Of a stretch of 64,000 nt of DNA, positions 36,349 through 48,695 are shown piece by piece. The DNA is taken from the NCBI RefSeq assembly GCF_000743755.1, contig NW_014569524.1, positions 1 to 64,000 on the forward strand, written 5' to 3'. The notes beneath the pieces are model-generated. The model was not told the origin of the DNA. It did not search any database and was given only the letters and a program-made list of their open reading frames with translations. This DNA comes from Blastocystis sp. subtype 4. Lineage: Eukaryota. The position numbers were made by a program, and so were the translations under genes. Within the stretch, counting starts at the first letter, position 1, and each line of letters starts with the position of its first letter.

Positions 36349-37113
36349 ATGGTGAAGAAAGTTGTCTTATTCGGTTCTTCTGCAAATCCTCCTACAGGTC
36401 TAGGAGGACATATTGGCATTGTAAAATATTTCTCTGGTATATGTCTTTATTCTCGATTTCATCATTGTAGCCTTATTTGATGAAGTTTGGATTCTCCCTG
36501 TATTTCGTCATGCATACTCTTCAAAACGTCAATTAGAATCCTTTGAAAGGAGGTAGGAGGAATTTGAATTATATTCTGTAGGATCGATATGCTTCTCCTT
36601 TCATTGCGTGATTGTAATTTAGACTCGAGTAATATCTATGTTAAGGAATACGAGAAAGAATGTTTGTACTCTCTATATCCCGATTATGGAAAGACAGAAG
36701 ATACCGTCCAAGTAATTTTAGGAATGGAATATCAATGACAGTATGGAACGATTGACTTGATTCGATGGTTGAAACAACGTTTTCCAGGTGTTGAATTCTC
36801 TATGATTGTTGGCGAGGATGCATATATTGATATCATAGAAAATAAATGGCGAGAGGTAATAAATGAAAGATTTGTTAATCCTAGAGTGATACCTTACGAA
36901 GGAGTCTTCATTTCGAAGTATTACAGCGGAAAGGAGTCAACTCATTGAAGTCAAAACAACAGGGTGATTGGTTTACATTTCATGTCATCGATTCCTTAAG
37001 CGATGTAAGCAGTACTCAAGCTCGGAACACGTGTAACGAATCGCAACTTGCCAGTATCGTTACTCCATCAGTTGCTACATATATCCGAGACAATCATCTC
37101 TACTCTTTCCACT
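36349..37113 (+). CDS. NadD-like nicotinate/nicotinamide-nucleotide adenylyltransferase; stop probably completed by poly(A)
   Basis: VVLFGSSANPPTGLGGH, FDEVWILPVFRH, GTIDLIRWLKQRFPGVEFSMIVGED, DVSSTQAR, VATYIRDNHLY. Confidence 0.85.
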
Positions 37114-37134
37114 CTCTTGTTTGGAAGAAACAAA

Positions 37135-38959
37135 CTATACGCCACTAATAACAGCAAGAGACGGTGGAACACGACTAAAGAGTACAGACCTCAAATCCTT
37201 AGAACACCCTTCAGAATACATATGTTGTTGTTCATATATAGAGGTACTGTCTTTAACCTCACATAGCGATGGTAAAATGATTTCCTCATGAGTTGTCATA
37301 TTACGAGCGCTCTACAATAACACATTCCCCAAATCCTTACAATTCGACAATGATAAATCGCTAAATTCAATAATGGAGCAATGAAAACAACGCATTCAAC
37401 ACTATATAGAATACAGGGCCACGTATCAAGAATCATCCTCCAGAATTCAATCTTCAAACCCTATAATGATATTTATATCGTGATACTACTTCGTCCAAAA
37501 GATTCAGAATATAGGTCACGAAAAAGACTGACATGATCACCATTCCACTTATGCACGAGAGAACGCCAAAAACCTATTTGATCAGCAAATAGAACATCAA
37601 CTGCTACCAGAAACCACACAAAGAAACGATGATTCCGGTAACCAACACAATTCGCTACCCACGGACAGTGATGATCAAAGACTCGAACACAACTACTGTT
37701 AGAGAGATATAATCAGAAGTACATGCCACAATGACGACAATGATAACCTCTAGGAGGAATAAACCGCTTGCAATCCTTGCAGAATGGAATGGAAATCTAT
37801 TTGTGAGAGAAATTGGATTGACTCACGATGTGATTCCGATACAGACAGATGTAATTAGTTTGACGAACTAGATTGGACGTGGATTGATGTGTTTGTGAGG
37901 GAGATGTTGGCAAAGTTTGAGGAGACTTTTCCTCTTCGTCACACATGGATGAAATCAGTTCATTGGATTCAAAGAATGCAGAGATATCCTGATTCTCATA
38001 GTAAATTCCGTCACGAGTCAGGTAAAATACGTTACGAACAAAATCATATTGAGGAATCAACGAACGAACTTCATTACAGTATTCCTCTCGTTTCGTCTAG
38101 ATTAAATCGAGACTCATCATCCTACTTCCCATTCGGATTCTGGAATTCCCAGTTCCTTGCAGAGAAGAGAATACACTTCAAATGCCTATATGAGACGCAT
38201 TGATAATCATATACATTACTAAATGCGCAATAGTGAATCGCCTGAAGACCATATATATCCCGAATGGAGAAATCGGGATGATATGGTAAGAGCAGATGTG
38301 CAATCTGATGATCATAGAAAACCAACAGAACTACATCTGGTTTGTTCATTAATGCAGTAAGATGTAAAAGAGTCCTTCCTTCGATGTTCGATTCATTGAT
38401 CATCCCTGGAATCATCTGAAGTGCATTCTATAGGTCACTCACACAGTCAAACAATACAGTGATATAATCAACGCGGTTCTTCCGAACTGACACCATTAAA
38501 CCTGCTACTCGCCTTTGGACTACACATCAAAAACGAACCATTTTACATACGCACAGTGGGTTCTGGGAAAGAATACTGCCCTTCCATCACGCATTTGGGG
38601 ATAATACCAGGTTCGGTGAGCCATGTACGAATGAAAAAGAAAAGAGACCTGTAAGTCACAATTATTTCCCAAGAGTACAGGAAGCCAGCAAGAATGAGAA
38701 TAGCAACGAGACTCCAGTGAGTTAGCATGCTATGTATGTCTACCAAATATAATAGATACCATAAACTGCGAAACTTAAACAAAAGAAGCACCAGTAGGGG
38801 ACAAATAAGCTAGGGATCACCTTGTTGATCAGAAAATACGAAGAAGAGGACCCAAAAGGCAGAAGAATCTACAGTTAGGTTGAAGATGATTCTTCCTCCC
38901 CAGATTGGAGCATAATTTCCGAATACTTGGGAATAGGGGTTGTTCTCCTTGTTGACCAT
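37135..38959 (-). CDS. DHHC palmitoyltransferase with internal ankyrin repeats, multi-exon
   Basis: Erf2-like N-terminus ([17 protein letters not shown]), TEPGIIP, ankyrin [10 protein letters not shown] / [40 protein letters not shown]. Confidence 0.88.
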
Positions 38960-39069
38960 GAATCAACAACCGCAGAATCCCTGTTGAAGTGTTTCCTTGA
39001 TGCAAACGAAGAAAAAACGCCCTATTTCCGCAGTTCCGAAAGGTTAATGAATCAAACAAACCAAATGAA

Positions 39070-40479
39070 CTATTTAAGAATAGGAGTGACAAAAAGGTGA
39101 TTGTACTCCTGTACCGCCCTCTTGAAATACATATTCACAAATGCCTCACTTTCTTCCCTCGGAATATTCTTGTATATAGCGTACTACATAGTCAATCAAC
39201 AGAAATGATCAATACAGCATCAGTCACGATCATCTTCATCTTGTCTTCATCCAAGATTTCATTATGACTTCCTAGCAATCTATTCATTATTAGTTACCCA
39301 AAAAGATAACCCCTTTATTTCACTATCCTGCATCTCCGGATTGGTGAACACAGAGAGGAAATTCTGTAAGAACAATACATTCCTACGCTGTTGTCTCCTC
39401 TCATGAATAAAAAGAATAAGAACAACAAGAGCCGAAAGCAATGGAACGACCAATAAAAGGACTTGATTGAGATTGCCAAAATACGAAAAGATTTGTGGAT
39501 CTACTTCCGGAATGTGACCAAGTATCCAACAACTCAAGAACTACACATTAGAAAGTGAATGAGAGAGTACCATATTGAATCGGAATCGAGCATAGAGTTT
39601 GATCGAGTACAAGAAGCTATCAATAACAACGGCCAGAATATCACCAAGGGATGAACTACTAACGATATTCAACAATGTCAGTAGCCAACCAAGAATGCTT
39701 GGTATACGTAAGATGAAGGAATTTCAAACTAGAGTGCAAAGGATATTGGTAAGTGATGCTGTTTGCTCAGGCTTTGCAAGGAAGAAGAAGAATGTCAGAC
39801 GAAGAACACAGAGGGAAAGAATGACGTAGTAGATTGTAGGAGTAGTCTGAAATCCAAAGATGAAGAAGATAACTAGAATTGAAAGAATTTCATATCTGTA
39901 CAGGTAATGATCCAACTAAGTCCACTGGATGCACCAAAAAGAAGTTGAATAGCCGGTCCTACAGAGCTATTCCCAGTTTCTGAAGCAGCTTGAACATATT
40001 GAGAGTATTGTTGAGAAGCCGAAGCTCCTGTTGAAAACCCTTCCTTGAAATCCCTTGCAAACGCCTCAAACTCGGGATTCGGATTTCCATTGGCATCAGT
40101 TCCCATAATGCCAGAAAGCATGTTGAGAAGCACTTTTTGGAATTCTTCTGCACTTCCTTCACTCGGATTTCTAAAGGTTAACAACATAAAGGATGCAAAC
40201 AGATTATCCTCTTCCTTTTTTTGAACACTTTCTTTCTGGATCGCACTTGTGTCAATTTCCTCAATAATCTCTTCTTCCTCCTGACTCTCTGGATCAGGAT
40301 ATTCCATATTATCAGGTGTAAGAATAGTATCTTCCTCTGGAGTATTGATGGTTCCAGAACTCTCCCCAACACTGGATGTTTCCTCCATCGAAGCAACACT
40401 TGTTTGATTCAATTTCTATCTATAATGACACTACAACATTCATTACAGCTCTTCTACGCCTTTGTAAAGTACTTGACAT
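39070..40479 (-). CDS. Hypothetical multi-pass membrane protein with acidic N-terminal region
   Basis: Inferred start MSSTLQRRRRA, acidic linker, then several hydrophobic helices across exons 39280-39915. TAG at 39070-39072. Confidence 0.6.
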
Positions 40480-40564
40480 TGAGTAGGAACGATCTTGAGA
40501 GGAGCCAGAACGCCGTTTTAATGTACAACAAACAAACGACCATAGGGAATACAAACAACATAAC

Positions 40565-42356
40565 TTAATTCGTATGGATCTTCTCTTCTACTCTAGCTCT
40601 CCATGATCTAGTTATAACACCACCTTTCTAATTGTACTTCGCATCCTGATACTCAGGTTGAATTTTTAAGCATTTATCAAAGCTATTCATACTCTCTGTC
40701 ATGTTATCGATATAATAGTAACAGATTCCCAAATTGTGCCATGTCACATAATGCTCTCCACACAAATCCATACTCTTCTTAAACAGAGCAATACTGGTCT
40801 CATAATCCCGAAGTCCCATTGATAAACGACCAAGATCAAAATCAACATCTTTCGAAGTCGATAGTGGATAGAAGTTATTTGCAATATGAAGAATGTCATT
40901 CTTAAAGTCACTTTGCATCTTGTCACTGGCATATGGAATATGATCAACTAAAACCTGCTTAAACTTGTAGAATACTTCGCTCTCATAATGGCTCAGACGA
41001 ACTAGAGCAAGAATGTTCTTCAATGAAGGAGAAGGAGTCTCATCACGAATGCATCGCTGCAATTGCGAGAAACTATCAGGATCAAAAGCAAGAAGAACAT
41101 TCTAACAATCAATCTGTACAAATTGAAATACCTCCCAAGCAAATTGAAATTCAGAAATGGGCGTTTCACCCATTACAAAAGCAGCAACTTGAAGCCCTGA
41201 GTAATAAGGAGTATGATAACTCTCTCCCTTATTATTGACAAAGTATAGATGCATAGCATGGAAATTTGTCATGAAGGAGAATGAACCATGAATGGCCATA
41301 TGAGGATTCTCCTTACTTAGTTTCATATCCTCCTCATGTGAATGAGCCTTATCAGCACTTAGAAGAAGGAAATTGTTATGGCTCATTTTCTGGAGTGAGC
41401 GAACAAACCGAAGGGCTCCCACAGGAAGCAAGACATTTAGATTGGTATTGTTATCTGCATAACTAGATGATATGAAATGATCCAATCGTACTGACGAATG
41501 ATGGGAAGAAGATACTCCTCAGAATAATGCTTATCCAACTCTTCAATGGGCTTGTAAGACCAATCCACTTTCATTCGACTAATGATCTCAGGATCCAATT
41601 TGTCAGGTTCTCTACGCATCAGCACGAAGGACGAATGCATACTCACGATCTGTGGAAATCGAAATATAAGCTTCACTCACTTTCCCATTTGCAATTGAAA
41701 GTGCATCTTCACGAAGGCCATTGAATAGATAGTTACTGATTGCAATAACTGGTGTCTTGATAGTTTCTTCAGATAATTTCTTTCCAGAAATGAGCAGAGT
41801 CATCTCGCTATCCTTCTCGCAATCTACAATCGAGAAAATGCAGTGTTTGTACTGAAAACGGCAAAATCGACAACGCCTTCAGTGATGTGCTCTTGCATAC
41901 GCTTATGCTTCTGACAGAATTCTACAATGTTGCTAGTAAAGTCTGTGATCACGTAAACAAATGGCCTTTTCACACCTAGATTATTACAATCGATATAACT
42001 TAGCATACCCTCTGGCATAAATTCTTTCAAATCAGCCAAATGATTCAGAATCAAAAAACCAAGTTTCCCGTGTCCTGCACCCACTTCTACAATGTATATC
42101 GGTTCCTCATTATTGGCATTGGGACTATAATGGATATGAAATAACAATTATACCTGTTATAATAATCTCGAATATACCCAAGAATACAGTTGGCATATTG
42201 GTATGCAATGTAGCTATTTGATGTAACAAAGTGAGGAACAATTGCATCGGTCCAGCAAGAAGGTCCTTTGCGGATATAAAACTGATCTTGCAGATCCCAG
42301 ATTACAGAGTCACGAAGAGGTGTGGACTCTTGAAGAACAACACTTTGGGCTGACAT
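40565..42356 (-). CDS. SAM-dependent methyltransferase (MidA/NDUFAF7-like fold) fused to C-terminal TPRs, multi-exon
   Basis: VPHFVTSN, motif I IVEVGAGHGKLG, IAISNYLFNGL, HGSFSFMTNFHA; TPR FDLGRLSMGLRDYETSIALF...TWHNLGICYY. Confidence 0.8.
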
Positions 42357-42514
42357 TGAATAAGAAGAATATACAAACGAACAGAAATGAATAAGGAAGC
42401 GTGTCCGTTATTATCTTATAATTCCCGTTAATATCGGCATCTTTCTTCGAGATTAAACTCCCTTGATTGGAAGTCATTCTCTAGACCAAAAGAGGGATCG
42501 ACTTTCTCCACGAT

Positions 42515-44106
42515 ATGGATTTGGATTTTCTATTTCGTGATCCTGGAATCGGAGATGCAGAGAATCTAGATGATTATCTCTTTCAAATAGATAGTCCACG
42601 GTTATCAGAGAAGAGAAAGTCAGAAGATATATCCGAATCGAAAGACATTCCCTCTGCAGAAACAGCAGCTCTTATGGTACGTGATTGATTTGAATTTAGT
42701 TACACATCAGTTTCCTGAAAAGATTCTTGGACAGCAAATCAAGGAAAAAACACAGACAAATGTGGTGTCAAAGAAAACATCCGTGTATCTCTCTGCAGTA
42801 TGTTTGTAAGAGGAAATTAATGAATAGGTAATGGAAGGAATTGCAAAATATGTATTAGAAATGGCAGGTCAAGGAAAAGACGAGTTCTACCTTCCTGAGA
42901 GCAAGTGTATTCGTGTTGAAGATGTAGAGGTAGGGTTAGATATGATGGGTCATAAAAAGAAAGTGCTTACTTCCGTTGGACTACCGGAATTGGATGACAT
43001 GTCAACATCTCGTCAATATCTCTATGGTTCGTCTTTGTGTATCGATAGTATCAGCCCTTCTCGTATTGAAAAGGCATGTTCGTTAATCACAATGTACCTT
43101 CAAGATTTCGTCGATGTTGATCAGTTGTCTGTTTCTCCATCGCCACTACTTCAAGACTACATGATTTGTCAACCGGAAATGGATGATGGAGTTACGCTCA
43201 CCACTTACTGTGAACGTGTATCCACTGTAAGCATGAGCTGTCATTTGTAAATTCGAGTTACTCCAGATTCAACCGAAAACAAAGCAATTTGTTATCATCC
43301 CACGAAGTCTTCGGGTTCTTTTGTCGCTCATTCGTGCTCGAGGTCGTACGGTATTGCTTTGAATTCCTTTTAATCTTAAGAGACAGCATGGGTTGGTACT
43401 TCTTCGAGAGTATCTTAATCATTTCCATGAAACTGTTATTCCTACAGCTGACATATACATCGATTCGGATGAAAATGCACCGTTGTATACACAATACAAT
43501 ACATTTCGACGAGTTCAGGCGAATGGAAAAGAGAAACAAAAGAAATCCCAATTGTCGTCATCTCTATTCAAGTTAGAAACGGAACAACTGGTCTTTTACA
43601 AGATTGTACGTGATTTGGTTAATGGAAGATGGGTTGTGGTTGTATTTATTCATTTTTCGTTTTTAAATAGATCCCACGATATTGCCAGGTAGAAGGATGG
43701 GAATATGAGCAGATTCTGAAGATTGCTCTAAACAAGGTGGAAAATTTCCATAAATGTTCAATTTCGATTGAATTTGATACGAAACTGCTGAAAACAGAGA
43801 ATGCAACAATATATGCAGATATGTCAAGTGTTCTCTCCAAATATGCTTCCTTAAAGAAGTATTCGTATCCTTCTCCATGGAATGGAGAATTATGTGAGGA
43901 AAAGAATCGAACTGTGCTCTGTAATCTGGGTTTGTTGTGTCTATGTCCAATCGAAGTAATTCCTGTAATCTATCATGTACAATTCGGGGTTCGTGTTGAA
44001 CATTAGCATATCTATTATCAGTGTCATATTGTGTTGTTCTCATCTCTTAGCGAAAGTCATCCATTTATCAAGAACATTTTAGAATTGATTAAAGGGAGTA
44101 TTGTAT
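42515..44106 (+). CDS. H2A-like histone fold + degenerate DH/PH-like protein (SOS N-terminus-like); stop probably completed by poly(A)
   Basis: SKKTSVYLSAVMEGIAKYVLEMAG...IRVEDVEVGL (H2A-type fold), then LSSSLFKLETEQLVFYKIVRDLI...YEQILKIALNKVE (DH-like C-terminal helices). Confidence 0.55.
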
Positions 44107-44227
44107 CATTTGTTTCTTGGAAATACGATAAGGAAGAAACCAACTTTGTGAATGGGATTTCTCCCCTGATTAAGAATTCCACAAAAGAAGTCGATTTTGG
44201 TTATGCATTTGAAAGCAATCAATAACA

Positions 44228-45051
44228 ATGGATAATAGCGCTAATGAACATGAAGATAAAAGGATGAAAGTAATAAACAACTGAACGAGTTGATGATTAG
44301 ATGACAACAATTGAAACAAAATATGGGGAGCACAGGCTAAAAGTGTTGAATGACAAATTACGGGATATTATGACAACAGTTTATATGATTCTCATTGCTG
44401 ATCTCTAGGAACTAGAATTAATCGATAAATCACCCGAAGATCAATATGCAATTGCTGTCGGAAATGATTATTGGAGTTATTCTTAGGATGAGAGTTATCG
44501 TTTGTTTGGTGTCTCTTCTTTTCTGATGAAAGAGAAAGATTTAACCTGTTTACGGTTCGATACTTGTTATCATGGTCGCTATTATGAGATCTACTACATT
44601 TTTCTGGAATTCCCTCCTGTTGAAGAAAGTCGGATACCTAAGATTGCAGCTCATACCCTTCCAAATTGTATGCCCGTTAAAGACTGGGAAGGCCAATACC
44701 TATCCATCGACATTCAATCCTTCACGCAGTGTGTATCACTTCATCTAAATAGTTATATAGCGCGTCGAGAGCAGGTTCGGACAGTCGAAAAGGACTTTGG
44801 AAAGGATGTGGAGGTAACATCCTCCGAATCCTTCTGCAGTATCAATCTTCAATTTGATGACTGTATTATCAAGCTTTTCTACAATCCAGATGAACGAATA
44901 CCTCATTCAGTAGAACGTGTAATGAGTCCAACTGCTACCGTGTATCCACAGATCAGAGCTAAGAAAGCAGGGTTATCTCAACGAAGTTTGGATCTGTTCA
45001 AGGAAGTAACAATGGATGTAGCTGTCCGAAACATCATCAATACACATACCT
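44228..45051 (+). CDS. CENPO: CENP-O/Mcm21 kinetochore RWD protein; stop probably completed by poly(A)
   Basis: YRLFGVSSF...LRFDTCYHGRYYEIYYIFL...IAAHTLPNCMPV...FTQCVSLHLNSYIARREQV. Confidence 0.8.
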
Positions 45052-45075
45052 CACTTGTTTTTCAACAAACACTAG

Positions 45076-48000
45076 TTAATCCTCTTCTTCTTCATCTTCT
45101 TCCTTGACTGTCTCAATAGTACCCTTATAACTCTCCTTCTCTTCAAGAGGCTCTTCTTGGACTGCATTATGCATTACATATTGAGATAGGGGAGGATAAT
45201 ACTTCTTTCCTTCATACGAGATCTTCCAATCAATCACCCACTTCTCAATATGAGTATCCTGTGAAATAAAGAATGATACAAAGTCACTTGTCAAACACAT
45301 ACATCGTACAGGCAGAATTGGACTTAAATTCGCCTGACACTGCATACTTCCTAAGTGCCAGAATTGGATTTCATTACTCACAATGACTGCATACTTGCCA
45401 TCAGCTGTGATATCAAAGCATCGAATATCTTCTGTGCTATTCACCTTCACACGTGCCACTGCTGCATGTGTCTCCAGATTGAATGTCACTAGCTCCTTCG
45501 CTTCCGTCGCTACCATCACACACCTATTGTCCACTGGTCTAGCATACAACACTCGGCTATCCACGTGGAAGTAATCGAGTTGTTGGAAACTATCATTGAA
45601 TGTCAACACAGCTCCACTCTCACAAACAACCACAAATCGTTCTGTATTGCCTGCATAAGAAATGCAACGAATATTTCCACAATCCGTCTCGTTTTCTGCT
45701 AACTTCTTCTTCGTCGTAATATCCCACACAACCACACGTCCTTCACGATCAGCGGCAATGAGGCGTTTCACTCCAGTCTCCTTATTCACAAAGACATCCG
45801 TAGCACTCACACTGCGCTTCAATTCCTATTCTTCATATCACTTCATATCACTTACTTTCACTGTAAATGCAATAGAATTCGTTTCTACATTAATCAGACA
45901 CACAGAGCCGTCAGCAGCTCCTGTGGCCACATACACAGTCGAAGACAACTTGTTGACGTTGCTCACAGCTGTTACCATGTTCTTATGAGGCTTCAATTGA
46001 GCCACAATCGCATAATCATTATCATACAACACAACATTCCCTTGGAAATCTCCCGCTACTAATCGCATATCCCCGCGGTTCATCGAATTGCAACAAACCA
46101 AAATACTGACATTATCTTCCATAGCATCCTCCACCGAATCCACCATATACATGGCACCACACTGAACTTCACAGAACTCAGCAATCCGTCCCCACAACTG
46201 GAGCAAGTTAGGATCATTCATCATGTTTTTGTCATTACGAGCTTCCCAGATCAACTCTAAAGCCTAGCTTATGAATCCATCAACAGATATATACAGCTCG
46301 ATAGTTCTTATGAACTATGTGATTATAAGCTCGCTGGCGCATCAAGAAGCATCGTTTCACACAATTGATCTGAACCATCCAATCTTCCTTCTCCTTCCCA
46401 CTAACAGCATTGATTTTAAAGTCCTTTCCTGAGATCGTTTTGATCACAAACCCATTCTGATCATCTGGATCATCTTCCAGTCTATTTCTTACCCCACCCT
46501 ATAAACCCCACTCTACAATATCTTCCATGCGAATCTTCCCCTGAGGTTTCTTCTCAGTCTCCGACTTATAGTAACGTAACTCATCTCGCATCAACACGAA
46601 ACTACGCTTCTTCCAATTGCGGATAATATGGCCTTGCTTTGACAGGTATCCTTGTTTGATGATACCTTTGCGTTGGTTATTGAATGTACGCAACTCATGA
46701 ATCACAGAACCCAATTCACGTGTCTGACCTGCAGGAACCTCCACCTTGAACCATTCATGAGCAAGTGCCTGCTTTGCATCGTATCGTTGTGTAGGATCGA
46801 CTACCTGCAACTCACAATGACAGATCCACTCTTACCAACAAATGACGAATTAAGTCTTTTGCCTGAGGACTCACATTGTCCCAATAAGGTGAATCAAATC
46901 GATATTGACCTGATCGGATTTTCTTAAACAACCGCATTTGATTGCTATCATGGAACGGAGGATAACCACACAACAGAATGTACATGATCACACCCAGAGA
47001 CCACATATCTACCTCTGTACCATACATGTGACCTTTCAAAATCTCAGGAGCCACATACCATGGAGAACCACAATCAGTTACCAGACGACCCGTATCTGTA
47101 CTTGAAGTACTCTTAGCAAAACCAAAATCAGCTAGATTTTAAAACTTGTCAATAATTGTACCGATTTTGATATCACCTGTACGTGAATCTACTAAGATGT
47201 TTTCAGGTTTCAAATCACGATGTGCAATATTGAGTTTATGACAGTATCCTACAGTTTCAACCAGAGTCTTGAACACAGATCTTGCTTCGTTCTCATTGTA
47301 AAACTTCTTCTCAACTATTTTATCAAAGAGTTCTCCTCCTAGTTCTAATCACAATTCATTATCTTCACCTCCAACCAATTCTGTTACAATGTAGTAATAT
47401 TCTTTATCCTCATAGAAACCTTCCAATCGAACAATATTCTTGTGATTCAATCGACCCATAATGAACACTTCATTCTTCAATGAGTCAACGTCGCTACGCT
47501 GCAGATCCCGCTTCTTTAGACATTTCACAGCATAGCGCTGGCCATCGGTCTTGTCCACACATGCGTATACCACAGAATAGGCTCCAGAACCCAATGTCTC
47601 TTTCACTTCCTAGGAATCATTCCACTTTCTCTTCGTTACATAGCGCTGCTGGAATCCATGTTGGACAATACCTCGTGACTGTGTTTCCTCGGCTAATGGT
47701 GTGGCTTTCGAGGGCTCTGAACTCTCTGTAGCAATACTACTCACAGACTCAGAACCTGAGTACTGGGTGACACGCAACTGCTTTCTAGATATGAATTCTC
47801 TCTCTAGAACGTACTGTTGGGCATTCTTCATACAATAATCAATTGAGGCGTTAAGATCATTAAAAAGATGATCAATTTCTTGTGTCATGAGATTGGAACG
47901 CTGCATGTCCTGACGAATTACTGATGACATTTTGCGGACCTTCTCGCACGACTCCAGGAGCTCTCCGGGGCTCATAAGATCCTACATTGCATTCTCTTTC

Positions 48001-48596
48001 TTGTCTTACCGTAAAGGCGACTCTTGTAAAAAAGGAGGAGAGGCGAAGCATAACATCCTGGAAGCAGTCGTCTCGAAACGTTTCATTGAAAGCAGTGAGC
48101 ATACGATTGAAATAGGTCTTAGAATCCTCCACCAGATCATCCTCGTTCTTCATGACAAATGCACGATTCACAGAATCCGGTATCGGCTTATTCTCCTTTG
48201 CAGCGGCAATAGCGGTAATCCAATCATCTCTAGACTCGTCATTTTCAAAACTAAGTGTGTAGTTCTTATTGAAATCCTCAGCGGTTTTGATCAGCAAACA
48301 ACACTCTGGCCTTTCAAACCCAGTTACACATCCCTACTCTTGTCTGTTAACTCAGTTTTGATAAGATCTGTAATCTTTTCCAGAGGAATCTTGCCTTTCA
48401 CCTGTTCTCCCTGATTGTTACTCCAATTTGCCTAAATCTCACATCAATGTACGAAATTTCAGAGGAAGTCAGCACAAAGAGTCTCGTCTTCCAGGTTTTA
48501 CGGATGTGACCCTGATGGACATAAGACTTTGAAACAGCCTACCACCTTCTCCAAATATCCAGATTTTAGGGCATAACGCGTTAGTTCCTTTTCCAT
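45076..48596 (-). CDS. CAMK-group Ser/Thr kinase with PH-kinase-PH-WD40 architecture, multi-exon
   Basis: PH1 KSGYLEK-GHIRKTWKTRLFVL; kinase LGSGAYSVV, AVKC, HRDLKPEN, DFG, CGSPWYVAPE; PH2 IKQGYLSKQGHIIRNWKKRSFVL; C-terminal WD40-like repeats. TAA is followed 4 nt later by TGTTTGTT. Confidence 0.88.
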
Positions 48597-48695
48597 CGTC
48601 TTTCGAGAATAGAAAATGATGACAAAAAACATGGAAAATTAGATCATGGAAACATCTCAAGTGATTTGAACAAACAAATCTAACATACATGCAGA

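Noticed and set aside
39070..40479. GET2/CAML identity for the RRRR-containing membrane protein
   Set aside because: Based only on a basic N-terminal patch plus TMs; the extra soluble C-terminus does not fit, so left hypothetical.
44190..44270. Apparent read-through PH helix AFESNQ*QWIIAL suggesting stop recoding
   Set aside because: Better explained by a poly(A)-made stop at 44106 and the first exon of CENP-O (ATG 44228) in another frame.
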